From the NCBI GenBank assembly GCA_037927135.1, contig JAXSPP010000001.1, positions 96,001 to 160,000 on the forward strand: 64,000 bases of DNA, in the 5' to 3' direction. Origin of the DNA: Candidatus Pampinifervens sinense (lineage in GTDB: Bacteria > Aquificota > Aquificia > Aquificales > Aquificaceae). A program made the translations under genes and the position numbers. The notes under the pieces were generated by a model that worked only from the letters and a program-made list of their open reading frames with translations, was not told the DNA's origin and searched no databases. Position 1 is the stretch's first letter. Each line of letters starts with the position of its first letter. Shown here piece by piece: positions 38,258 to 47,635 of this stretch.

Positions 38258-38803
38258 ATGCAACAGGAGCATTGGGATTTTATAAATATTCTGGTCATAG
38301 TGGCAAGGTTCATTCAAGTATTAGGCTTCTTTTTTGCTATCCTTATGCTTATAAAGGAGTTTCCATTGACCTACACCTTTGCAGTTTTTTCTATAAACCT
38401 TGTAGGCTTTTTCTTAATACTAGCTGGAATTTTGGCAAAGATATTTACTCTTAAGGAAGTCCTTTTAGCGGATGCTATTATTATAGGTGCTAGTATGGCT
38501 CTTTTCATAAAGGCATATAAGGTAAAGAAGGAAAAAGAAAAGTTTCCTGCACCACCAAAGAAGGGAACACGCTGTCCTGTATGTGGAGCATATATACACC
38601 CCCATATGGATTACTGTGTGCTCATGGATAGCAAAACACTCCTTTACTTTGACAGTAAGGACCACCTTTTGGCCTTTTTACAAGAGCCACACAGATACAA
38701 AATTTCAAAGGAGATTAACTATGATGGAGTAAAAAGGATTTGTTTTGATAAAAAGGAAGGTTGGATAGAGTGGGGGCAAAGCCCCCAAGAGCTTACTTTA
38801 TAA
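38258..38803 (+). CDS. Membrane protein with a C-terminal CxxC (TRASH/NosL-like) domain
   Basis: Three TM segments, then CPVCG and YFDS..HL..F. Confidence 0.55.
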   Translation: MQQEHWDFINILVIVARFIQVLGFFFAILMLIKEFPLTYTFAVFSINLVGFFLILAGILAKIFTLKEVLLADAIIIGASMALFIKAYKVKKEKEKFPAPPKKGTRCPVCGAYIHPHMDYCVLMDSKTLLYFDSKDHLLAFLQEPHRYKISKEINYDGVKRICFDKKEGWIEWGQSPQELTL

Positions 38804-39428
38804 AATCCTTTAGAGCTTCGTAGGCTTTCATAGCCTTTTCAAACCTTTCGTTTATCACATCCCAGTTTAGGTTTTGTAAAAAGGCATCTATATAAGGGGG
38901 TCTTTTGTTCTTGTAATCTACATAATAGGCATGCTCGTAAGTATCTAAGACTATTATAGGTATAAGGCCGGTGTAGTTATAAACGTTGTGAGCATCAAGA
39001 CCGTTTACTACAAGCCTTCCAGAGAATATGTCAAGACCCAATATGGCCCATCCCCTAAAAGCCACACCCGCTGCTTTTATCTCTTGAACACAGGCATCCC
39101 AAGAACCAAAATCCTCCTCCACCTTCTTCTTGAAGGCCTCCGATGGCTGTCCCTTTGCTCCAAGGTGTCCAAAATATAGCTCATGGAGCACCACACCCAT
39201 GTAATTGAAGGTCTCTTCTACCTTTAGTTCTCTGTACTCAGAATAATTTTGATTTGCCTTGCTCCTGTCGGAGAAGTTAAGGTCTGCAAGCTTCTCTTGG
39301 ATTTCGTTATACTTAGCCACATAGCCCTTATAATGAGCTTCAAAATGAGGCTCTATTTGCTCGTTAGAGATGCCGTTGAGGTTGGAAGGCTTTAGATGGT
39401 CCTTTGGCTGCAGCTTATGAACTGGCAT
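38793..39428 (-). CDS. sod: Fe/Mn superoxide dismutase (Aquifex Fe-SOD type)
   Basis: H..AHYKGYV, LHELYF, DTYEHAYY. Confidence 0.93.
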   Translation of the reverse strand: MPVHKLQPKDHLKPSNLNGISNEQIEPHFEAHYKGYVAKYNEIQEKLADLNFSDRSKANQNYSEYRELKVEETFNYMGVVLHELYFGHLGAKGQPSEAFKKKVEEDFGSWDACVQEIKAAGVAFRGWAILGLDIFSGRLVVNGLDAHNVYNYTGLIPIIVLDTYEHAYYVDYKNKRPPYIDAFLQNLNWDVINERFEKAMKAYEALKDFIK

Positions 39429-39506
39429 GGTTCCACCTCCTTGCAGTTTTATAGCACATTATAAACCTTCTCAAAATACACAAAATATGAGAAAGCTCAA
39501 TATAGC

Positions 39507-39938
39507 TTAGTGGTGATTGTGCATATGTCCACCCATGCCCTTCTTTACAGGAGCTTGCACCTTTATCTCTCCAGACTTTTCAAACTTGAGGGTCATCTCC
39601 ACCTTATCCCCTTCCTTCAAAGGTCTGTTTAAGTTTATGAGCATAATGTGGTAGCCTCCAGGCTTTAGTTCTACCTTTCCCCCTGCTGGCACTTCAATGG
39701 CCTTCACCCTTCTCATTTTCCCTTCTATGGTTTCATGTATCTCTGTTATCTTAGATGCATTGCTTATGGCATCCAAAAGTCTGTCCGCTTCTTTACCCTT
39801 GTTCTCTATCACCATGTAAGCTGCCGACATTTTAGACGTGGGTGGCACTTCTCTTACCCAAGCATCTTTTACTTCAATCCTTGGTTGTGCAAAGACAAAG
39901 GCTGTCATAAGAAGACTGCCAAGCATAAACCTCTTCAT
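39507..39938 (-). CDS. Periplasmic copper chaperone PCu(A)C
   Basis: DAWVR, AAYM, EIHET..M, LKPGGYHIML, His-rich tail; SD AGGAGG before ATG 39938. Confidence 0.9.
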   Translation of the reverse strand: MKRFMLGSLLMTAFVFAQPRIEVKDAWVREVPPTSKMSAAYMVIENKGKEADRLLDAISNASKITEIHETIEGKMRRVKAIEVPAGGKVELKPGGYHIMLINLNRPLKEGDKVEMTLKFEKSGEIKVQAPVKKGMGGHMHNHH

Positions 39939-40003
39939 CCCTTTCACCTCCTGGTGAATTTAAAGATAATTTTATGGGATATTTTGTGAATATTCAATTA
40001 AAG

Positions 40004-40077
40004 CCAGCCCGGCGGGATTCGAACCCGCAACCTTGGGATCCGTAGTCCCACGCTCTATCCAGTTGAGCTACGGGCCG
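40004..40077 (-). tRNA. tRNA-Arg (ACG), CCA not encoded
   Basis: Acceptor CGGCCCG/CGGGCTG, D arm AGCTCAACTGGATAGAGC, anticodon stem TGGGA-CTACGGA-TCCCA, T loop GGTTCGAATCC. Confidence 0.96.
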
Positions 40078-40100
40078 TTTGGTATATATTATATGCCATA

Positions 40101-41273
40101 ATGGTAAAGGATACCATAGACCCACTGGCCCTTCAATACGACTTTGCCAAGAGATACTTCAAAGAATTCTTATCACAAAGACATTACCTACTACCTTACC
40201 TGCACCCATCCAAAACACCCCTCTTGCTTGTAGATCTTCATGGTGTTAAAAGTCGGTATTTGGAAATTAAGTACCATTTTCCACAGTTTAAGGTTTATTA
40301 CGCGGTTAAAGCCAACGATCACATAGACATACTCAGAACGCTTGCAGAATTAGGCTGTGGTTTTGAAGTGGCTTCTATTCAAGAACTTGAAAGGGTTTTG
40401 AGCCTGGGTGTAAAGGGGGACAGGATCATATCCAGCAATCCAGTTAAACCACCAGATTTTATAGATTTCTGCTATAGGTCTGGTGTAAACAGGTTTGCCA
40501 TAGATTCCTTTACAGAGGTGGATAAGATAGCGAAGATAGCTCCAAGATCAAGGGTTTACGTTAGGCTTGAGGTTCCCAATGAGGGAAGCGATTGGCCCCT
40601 TTCAAAGAAGTTTGGCGTAGATGTGGATGTGGCTCTTGACTTACTTGAGTACGCACAGGAAAGAGGTCTTATTCCTTACGGTATTACTTTCCATGTTGGA
40701 TCACAGTGCAACAACTTTAGAAACTGGCTTATAGGTATAAAAAGGGCAAGCGAACTTTGGCAGAAGGCAAAGCTTAAAGGCTTAAGGTTGCAGATGCTTA
40801 ATATTGGCGGCGGAATTCCCGTCAAATATACCTACGAAGCTCTAAAGGTGGAAGACATAGCCTACTATGTAAAAGGTCTTATACAGAAGTTTATGCCTAA
40901 TGTGCCTCATGAACTTCAGATGGAGCCAGGTAGAGGTATGGTGGGGGACCAGGGGATAATGGTATGTAGGGTAATAGGGAAGGCAAAAAGAGGGGGAGAG
41001 AACTGGCTTTATATAGACACGGGTGTATTCAACGGCTTGGCAGAAGCTTTGGGTGGTATAAGATATCCCTTTTACATGGAAAGGGAGGGAGAGTTAAAAG
41101 AGTGGACCATAGGCGGTATCTCATGTGATAGTATGGATGTGATAGCACGCATGGTACCACTACCAGAGCCAGAAGTAGGAGACTACATATACATCCTTTC
41201 CGCTGGGGCTTACACAACTGTATATGCAGCAGAGTTTAACGGCTTTCCTAAGCCTGAGGTTCTATGTGTTTAA
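40101..41273 (+). CDS. Fold-type III PLP decarboxylase (ornithine/arginine/lysine)
   Basis: YAVKAN, FEVAS, KFG, FHVGSQ, IGGG, EPGR, CDSMD, GAYT. Confidence 0.9.
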   Translation: MVKDTIDPLALQYDFAKRYFKEFLSQRHYLLPYLHPSKTPLLLVDLHGVKSRYLEIKYHFPQFKVYYAVKANDHIDILRTLAELGCGFEVASIQELERVLSLGVKGDRIISSNPVKPPDFIDFCYRSGVNRFAIDSFTEVDKIAKIAPRSRVYVRLEVPNEGSDWPLSKKFGVDVDVALDLLEYAQERGLIPYGITFHVGSQCNNFRNWLIGIKRASELWQKAKLKGLRLQMLNIGGGIPVKYTYEALKVEDIAYYVKGLIQKFMPNVPHELQMEPGRGMVGDQGIMVCRVIGKAKRGGENWLYIDTGVFNGLAEALGGIRYPFYMEREGELKEWTIGGISCDSMDVIARMVPLPEPEVGDYIYILSAGAYTTVYAAEFNGFPKPEVLCV

Positions 41274-42081
41274 AATCAATGATAAAAAGCCCTTTTTCGT
41301 CTTTTTGTAAACTAACCAAAGCCCTTAGATATTTTTCAACTTCCTTTAGAAAAGCATCCTCCACAAAGGGTGCATTCAGAAGTATGAACGTTCCCTCCTC
41401 TAATAGCCTTTTAAGATATTCCATTTCTCTACTAGCTGATACTTCTCTTTGCGATATGAAAATTATATCTGGATTTATATAAAACGCATCCTTTAACCCT
41501 TCTTCAAAGCTTTCCACGTCTGTTCCAATCTCCCTTTGTATCACAAGAGATTGCCCGTGTTTCAAAAGGAAGTTCAAAGGACTTTCAAGTATATATATCA
41601 CTTTACTGTTCAATTCACAATAGTTTTGCAAAAAGGAATAAATGAAAGTACTTGACATAACTTGATTTTTACATTGAAAGACTATTATACCAGAGTTATA
41701 AAGTCTCATAATTTCTTCCAACTTTTCAACCTTACCTTTATCTTGGCATATATGTTGAATACTAGGTATATGGAAAGGAGTCTTTATTATATGAACCACA
41801 TAACTCCCTCTTTGGGTCATATAACTTACCCTAAACCTTCCCACATTCTGAATACCAAAAGAGAACATACCTTCCCTTCCTAAAGGACCAAGGGTCAAAG
41901 GAGAATGACTTCTTAACGCTACCAGTGTATCCCTTATATCCTCAGGGCTAAGCAGATCATCCGAAAGCTTGACAAGCTTTCCTCCCCTTCTTTCCATTAT
42001 AAAAGCTCTAGGAACTAGATATATTTCTGTTACGTCCTCCCTACTTCCAAGGTAGCTTATTATCTGCGGTGCATAATTCAT
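41248..42081 (-). CDS. Degenerate PilT/PilU-like protein
   Basis: GRFRV, LESP, V.QREIG.D.ESF..GL..A...PDII match PilT; Walker A is absent. Confidence 0.7.
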   Translation of the reverse strand: MNYAPQIISYLGSREDVTEIYLVPRAFIMERRGGKLVKLSDDLLSPEDIRDTLVALRSHSPLTLGPLGREGMFSFGIQNVGRFRVSYMTQRGSYVVHIIKTPFHIPSIQHICQDKGKVEKLEEIMRLYNSGIIVFQCKNQVMSSTFIYSFLQNYCELNSKVIYILESPLNFLLKHGQSLVIQREIGTDVESFEEGLKDAFYINPDIIFISQREVSASREMEYLKRLLEEGTFILLNAPFVEDAFLKEVEKYLRALVSLQKDEKGLFIIDFKHIEPQA

Positions 42082-42161
42082 CCCTCAACCTCGTTTCTTT
42101 GATACTGCTCATACAACCTCTTTGGAATAATAATTATATTGAAAAATCAAAGGAGGATAGG

Positions 42162-43196
42162 ATGGCTGTAAAGGACATAATGGATGCTTTAAGGGATATG
42201 GTTGTAGAAAATTCACGTCTATCGGAGCTTGTAAAGGATATTAAGCTTATAGGAACAACTCTTGAAATAGTTTATAGACTCCCTAAAAAAGGTATAGAGG
42301 AGGATATTGTAGAAAAGACGCGTTTGGCCCTTGAAAAGGTGCCGGATGTGGAAGATGTGAAGGTGAGGTTTGTAGAAGATATTCCAGCTCAACAAGTTAT
42401 GGCTTCTCCTATCTTCACAAGAAGAAAGGTGCCAGGGATAAAGCATTTGGTGGCTGTGGGAAGCGGAAAAGGTGGAGTAGGTAAATCTACCGTATCTGCC
42501 AATTTGGCCCTTGCCTTATCAAAGCTGGGCTATAGAGTAGGCCTGCTTGATGCGGATATATATGGTCCAAGCATTCCCACCATAATGGGTGTAAAGGGAC
42601 AAAGGGTATATGTGGACGAGGATAACAAGATTATACCTTTGGAAAAGTATGGAATAAAGCTTCTTTCTATAGGCTTTTTGCTTCCTTCGGAAGATACACC
42701 AGTCATATGGCGAGGCCCTATGCTTATGAAAGCCCTCACTCAATTCCTTTTTGATGTAAAGTGGGGAGATTTGGACTATCTTATCCTTGACCTACCACCT
42801 GGCACAGGAGACGTTCAGCTTACCCTTGCTCAGAATGTGCAGATGAGTGGTGCTGTGGTAGTTACCACTCCCCAGGATGTGGCCTTGGCAGATGTGAAAA
42901 AGGCCGTTGCCATGTTTAGAGAGGTTCAAATACCTGTTTTAGGTGTTATAGAAAACATGGCTTACTTTATCTGTCCAGACAGTGGTAAAAAGTACTATAT
43001 CTTTGGGAAAGGTAGGGTGGCAGAGTTTGCCGCAGCCTATGGCCTAAAGATACTTGGATCCATACCCATAGACCCAGAGCTCTCAGAGACCTCAGACAAG
43101 GGCATACCGGTAGTAGAGAGCCATCCAGATTCGGATACGGCAAGGGCCTTTATAGGTATAGCAAAGTTATTGAGCGATCTTACAGAAAGGAGGTGA
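42162..43196 (+). CDS. Mrp/ApbC (NBP35) Fe-S cluster carrier ATPase
   Basis: GSGKGGVGKST, DADIYGPS, WRGP, DLPPGTGD, ENM...CP; SD GGAGG before ATG 42162. Confidence 0.92.
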   Translation: MAVKDIMDALRDMVVENSRLSELVKDIKLIGTTLEIVYRLPKKGIEEDIVEKTRLALEKVPDVEDVKVRFVEDIPAQQVMASPIFTRRKVPGIKHLVAVGSGKGGVGKSTVSANLALALSKLGYRVGLLDADIYGPSIPTIMGVKGQRVYVDEDNKIIPLEKYGIKLLSIGFLLPSEDTPVIWRGPMLMKALTQFLFDVKWGDLDYLILDLPPGTGDVQLTLAQNVQMSGAVVVTTPQDVALADVKKAVAMFREVQIPVLGVIENMAYFICPDSGKKYYIFGKGRVAEFAAAYGLKILGSIPIDPELSETSDKGIPVVESHPDSDTARAFIGIAKLLSDLTERR

Positions 43197-43199
43197 AAC

Positions 43200-44420
43200 A
43201 TGTTTATACAAAAGGCTGGTAAAAGGGTGGTCTATTTGGACCACATAGCCACAACGCCTGTAGCGCAGGAAGTGATTGAAGCTATGCTCCCATACTTTAG
43301 AGAGCACTTTGGAAACCCCACATCTCTTCATAGCTTTGGGCAAGTTGCCAAAAAGGCTATAAATGGTGCAAGAGAAAAGCTGGCTGCTTTAATAAATGCC
43401 AACTCTCCGGAGGAGATAATTTTTACCTCTGGTGGTATAGAAGCGAACAATCTGGCCATTAAAGGTATAGCAGAGGCCTATGAAAAGAGGGGAAGGCATA
43501 TAATTACCACGGAGATAGAGCATCACTCCATACTCCATCCTGTTAAAAGCTTAGAAAGAAAAGGTTGGGAAGTGACATACTTGAAGCCAGACAAATATGG
43601 CCTTATACATCCAGACCAGCTTGCAGAGGCCATAAGGCCAGATACAGTATTAATTAGCATAGGGCACTCCAACAGAGAGATAGGAACCATTCAGAACATC
43701 AAAGAGTTGGTAAGGGTAGCAAAGGAGAAGAATCCAAAGGTCATATTCCATACAGATGCTTGTCCAACACTTGGACACTATCCTGTAGATGTAAAAGATT
43801 GGGGTGTGGATGCTGCTTCCTTTACAGCCCATCTTATGTATGGTCCAAAAGGCGTGGGAGCCCTTTGGACAAGGAAGGGAGTGAAGATAAGGCCTCTTAT
43901 AGAAGGTGGAACTCAAGAGAGGGGTGTGAGAGCTGGTACAGAAAACGTGCCCGGCATAGTGGGCTTTGGTGCGGCATGCGAGCTTGCTATGAAAGAACTT
44001 CCAGACAGGATGGAAAGGCTCTCTCGCTACAGAGACAGGCTAAGAAAAGGCCTTGAGGAAAAACTTGACATGATTGAATTCACAGGACATCCTACTCAAA
44101 GACTTCCCCACCACCTTTCTTTGATAGTTCACCTTATAGAAGGTGAAGCTATGCTTTTGAGGCTTGACCTTATGGGTATTGAAACGGCCTCTGGCTCCGC
44201 CTGCGTATCCTTGGCCTTAAAGCAATCCCACGTCCTCTTTGCCATTGGAGTGCCAAAGGAAGTGGCAAATGGTTCCATAGTCTTTAGTTTTGGAAGGGAC
44301 AACACAGATGAAGATGTGGATTACGTATTGGAAGAGTTTCCAAAGACGGTAAAGCTGCTCAGAGAACTCTCTCCCTTTACACCAGAAAACTGGGAGCAGT
44401 ATGTAAAGGGCAAAAAATGA
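43200..44420 (+). CDS. IscS/NifS-like cysteine desulfurase homologue lacking the PLP lysine
   Basis: YLD..ATTP, GNPTS.H, EH.S, GG.QE, SGSAC; TAHL in place of SxHK. Confidence 0.85.
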   Translation: MFIQKAGKRVVYLDHIATTPVAQEVIEAMLPYFREHFGNPTSLHSFGQVAKKAINGAREKLAALINANSPEEIIFTSGGIEANNLAIKGIAEAYEKRGRHIITTEIEHHSILHPVKSLERKGWEVTYLKPDKYGLIHPDQLAEAIRPDTVLISIGHSNREIGTIQNIKELVRVAKEKNPKVIFHTDACPTLGHYPVDVKDWGVDAASFTAHLMYGPKGVGALWTRKGVKIRPLIEGGTQERGVRAGTENVPGIVGFGAACELAMKELPDRMERLSRYRDRLRKGLEEKLDMIEFTGHPTQRLPHHLSLIVHLIEGEAMLLRLDLMGIETASGSACVSLALKQSHVLFAIGVPKEVANGSIVFSFGRDNTDEDVDYVLEEFPKTVKLLRELSPFTPENWEQYVKGKK

Positions 44421-45661
44421 AGATATTGGTGCATATCTGCTGCGCGCCTGATGCGGTCTATTTCCTAAAGAGGCTTAGGGAAGACTATCCCAGGGCCCAT
44501 ATAGTGGGCTTTTTCTATGACCCAAACATTCACCCTTATGAGGAGTACAAACTCAGGCTTATAGAGACTCAAAGAATATGCAAAGAGTTAAACATAGAAC
44601 TGCACGAAGGTGAATACGATGTGGAGAACTGGCTTTCTTATGTGAAAGGCTATGAAGATGAGCCAGAAAGGGGCAAAAGGTGTGCCCTTTGCTTTGACTA
44701 TAGGCTTTTGAGGAGCTTGGAATTTGCTAAAGAAATAGGGGCCACCCACCTTACCACCACCCTACTTATGAGCCCAAAGAAGGAGTTTTTGATGCTAAAA
44801 GAGAGCGGAGAAAAGGTGTGCGAAGGCTCGGGCATTGAGTTTCTTGCATTGGATTACAGAAAAGGTGGCGGCACGCAAGAGATGTTTAGCCTTTCCAAAA
44901 AACTGGAACTATACCATCAGGACTACTGTGGCTGTATATACGGACTTTTCAAACAGAAAAAGGAAAAGGCTCAATGGGACCTTTTGACCTTTGGAGGAAG
45001 AAGGCCCGGAAGCAAGGAGGAGATGATATTCATAAAAGAAATAAGGCTCTTTGCGGAAGAGGAGCTTTCTCTTTCATGTAAAGAGTGGGAGTTTGGCTTC
45101 TTAAACTGGAAAGTGGTTATGGGTAAGATAGAGGTACAAGGCCAGACCATTCCATCTTTGGTAAGACCTTTCTCTTCTTCTATTAGAGGCCTCTTGAAGG
45201 CAGACCCTGTGGAAAAGGTAGGGAATGTTATCTACTACAACAAGGGGGGTTTGAGAGTAATCCTAAAAGAAAGGCTGGAAGACGAACCCATAGAAAGGAT
45301 AGATGGCCTTTGCAATCCCACCTTTATTGTTTCCAAAGAGTATGAGGAGATTCTCTTGAAAAACAGAGTCAGTGCCATGTTGCAGACGGAGATAACACCG
45401 GATAAATCCTTGGTGCTTTTGGTAGGAAGCCAAGAGGCGGAGGAAATTTTTAAGGTTCCTGCGGATACTTTGCAGGACGGAAGAGGAATAAGCTTGGAAG
45501 AGGTAAAAGATCTTCTTTTAAGAGATGCAAAGGATATAGCCATAGGCAAAAGGGCCTATCTTTTAGTGGGTGCAAGCAGCCTTGGAGACCCCGGCACAAA
45601 GTTTTTTGAAGAAAGAACGGGAAGAAAGGTTAGCCCTCTTCTTTGTAGTCAAACTCCTTAG
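44417..45661 (+). CDS. queH: Epoxyqueuosine reductase QueH with a C-terminal extension
   Basis: HICCAPD, PNIHP.EEY, PE.G.RC..C, YHQDYCGC. Confidence 0.85.
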   Translation: MKILVHICCAPDAVYFLKRLREDYPRAHIVGFFYDPNIHPYEEYKLRLIETQRICKELNIELHEGEYDVENWLSYVKGYEDEPERGKRCALCFDYRLLRSLEFAKEIGATHLTTTLLMSPKKEFLMLKESGEKVCEGSGIEFLALDYRKGGGTQEMFSLSKKLELYHQDYCGCIYGLFKQKKEKAQWDLLTFGGRRPGSKEEMIFIKEIRLFAEEELSLSCKEWEFGFLNWKVVMGKIEVQGQTIPSLVRPFSSSIRGLLKADPVEKVGNVIYYNKGGLRVILKERLEDEPIERIDGLCNPTFIVSKEYEEILLKNRVSAMLQTEITPDKSLVLLVGSQEAEEIFKVPADTLQDGRGISLEEVKDLLLRDAKDIAIGKRAYLLVGASSLGDPGTKFFEERTGRKVSPLLCSQTP

Positions 45662-46388
45662 CCTCCATCCAAAGCTTTTCCATCTCCTCAAGGCTCATAT
45701 CTTTTAGATTTTTGCCAAGTTCCTTTGCCCTTTTTTCCATATACCTAAACCTCTTTTCAAACCTGTCGTTGGCCTTTTGAAGACAAAGCTCTGCATCAAG
45801 ACCCAAAAGTCTACCAAGCTCTACCACCGCTGTTAGAATGTCCCCAAGCTCATGCTCAAGCTCTCTCCTGTCTTTTAAAGTCATAGCACCTTTTAACTCC
45901 TCTATCTCTTCCATAAGCTTTTCCAAGACTTGCTCTGGCCTTTCAAAATCAAAGCCCACAAGGCTTGCCCTGTCTTGTAGCTTTTGGGACCTCATAAGAG
46001 CAGGAAGGCTCTTTGGCACACCGTCCAACACACTCTCCCTCTCTTTTAGCTTCCTCTCCTCCCAATTTTTGAGAACTTCCTCCGGGCTTTCACATCCAAA
46101 AACATGTGGGTGTCTTTCTATTAGCTTTTTGTTTAACTCCTTTATCACATCCCATATATCAAAGGCTCCCCTTTCTTTGGCAATCTGAGAGTGGAAAACC
46201 ACCTGCAAAAGAAGGTCTCCAAGCTCTTCTTTTAGCTTTTTATCGTCTTTAGAGTCTATAGCATCCAAAAGCTCGTAAGCTTCTTCTATGAGGTACTTTT
46301 TCAAACTCTCATGGGTTTGGCTTTTGTCCCAAGGACATTTTGCCCTCAGTTCTTCCATTATTTTGAGGAGCTCTTCAAAAGGTTGCAT
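45630..46388 (-). CDS. mazG: Nucleoside triphosphate pyrophosphohydrolase MazG
   Basis: CPWD..QT, EEAYE, EELGDLL.Q, RHPHVF, second domain E.GD, F.KRF. Confidence 0.95.
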   Translation of the reverse strand: MQPFEELLKIMEELRAKCPWDKSQTHESLKKYLIEEAYELLDAIDSKDDKKLKEELGDLLLQVVFHSQIAKERGAFDIWDVIKELNKKLIERHPHVFGCESPEEVLKNWEERKLKERESVLDGVPKSLPALMRSQKLQDRASLVGFDFERPEQVLEKLMEEIEELKGAMTLKDRRELEHELGDILTAVVELGRLLGLDAELCLQKANDRFEKRFRYMEKRAKELGKNLKDMSLEEMEKLWMEAKEFDYKEEG

Positions 46389-46406
46389 GGAAGTATATTA
46401 TAGTCT

Positions 46407-47612
46407 ATGGTCAGAGAAGCACTAAAACTGCTCTTTCTTATAACAGCCTATAACTTCATATTGCATTACCTATCAGACTTTTTGCCCTTTGACCTGTTTC
46501 CCAAAAATTTGGAAGACATATTAATAGTCCTATCCATTGTGTCCGCCTTATACCTCGCTTGGCTTTTTGGATATAGGGAAAAGACAGTCATATGGCTGGC
46601 CTATGTGTCCTTTTTTCAAGTATTAGGCCTTTCTTTAGTAAGACAGGATTATACGGTTATAACCCAGTTTGTTCCTTCACTGCTTATAACACTTTTGCTC
46701 CTTTGGCTTTTTGAATCACCAGTAGAAAAAAGAACTAAAGAGCTTGAAGAAAGTAGGAAAAAACTTGAGGATGAACTGTTAAAGAATGAGGAAGAATTGA
46801 GGAAGCTTACAGAGCAAATAAACCTTTTAAAAGAGCTTACAAAAAGGCTTTATAGAGAAAAAAGATTTATAGAAGAACAGCTAGAAAGGTTAAAAGAAGA
46901 GGAAAGTGCAGAAAGAAAAGCCTTAGAGAGGGAAAGGGAAGAGCTTAGTGAAAAGCTTACTTATACTCAAAAAAAGCTTCAAGATTACATGGAGAGGCTT
47001 GAGAGGTTGACCAAAGTTAACAGAGAACTCTTTGAAATGCTTGAAGCTATACAAGATACAAGACACAATGATGGAAAGGAAGAGCTTTCAAGATTGAGAC
47101 AGGAGAGAAAGAGGTTGTCAAAGGAGCTTATACAACTCCAAGAACTTCTTGAAACTTTGTCTAAAGAAAACATGGAGCTAAGTAAAAAATATGATGAGCT
47201 AAAACAGGCTTTTGAAAAAGAGAGGAAAGAAAAAGAGCTTTTGAAATTAGAGATTGAGGATCTGAAAAGCACGCAAAAGAAAACTAAAGAAGTCTATGAA
47301 GATATACTTGAAATAATCTTTGATAATTTAGAGTTTGAGGAAAGGGCTATTAAGGAGTTTACAGAGCTAAGCTATGAAGCAAAGAAGGAGTTTATAAAAG
47401 AGCTCCTTCTTTTAGATATGAAGAGCTATGAGGAAAGATTTGAAAGCGTGAGGGGCTATAAGAATGTTTTTAAATTGAAGCCAGCGGGTGGAAGGATATA
47501 CTTCACCTTTGGAGAAAGAAAAAGGTGGAAGATTTTAGGTATGCTGTGGGGTGAAGATACAAAGACAAAGAATAGATATATTAGGGATCTTTTGGTAAAA
47601 TATAAAGACTAA
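46407..47612 (+). CDS. Membrane-anchored coiled-coil protein with a C-terminal RelE/ParE-like domain
   Basis: About four N-terminal TM helices, ~190 aa E/K/L heptad coiled coil, then LEFEERAIKEFTEL...RGYKNVFKLKPAGGRIYF...KILGM. Confidence 0.6.
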   Translation: MVREALKLLFLITAYNFILHYLSDFLPFDLFPKNLEDILIVLSIVSALYLAWLFGYREKTVIWLAYVSFFQVLGLSLVRQDYTVITQFVPSLLITLLLLWLFESPVEKRTKELEESRKKLEDELLKNEEELRKLTEQINLLKELTKRLYREKRFIEEQLERLKEEESAERKALEREREELSEKLTYTQKKLQDYMERLERLTKVNRELFEMLEAIQDTRHNDGKEELSRLRQERKRLSKELIQLQELLETLSKENMELSKKYDELKQAFEKERKEKELLKLEIEDLKSTQKKTKEVYEDILEIIFDNLEFEERAIKEFTELSYEAKKEFIKELLLLDMKSYEERFESVRGYKNVFKLKPAGGRIYFTFGERKRWKILGMLWGEDTKTKNRYIRDLLVKYKD

Positions 47613-47635
47613 AGGCTGTAAGAGGAGGAAAGGAG

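Noticed and set aside
40004-40077. tRNA-Arg as an integration site; missing CCA
   Set aside because: No duplicated 3' end or integrase nearby; CCA-less tRNA genes are ordinary where CCA-adding enzymes exist
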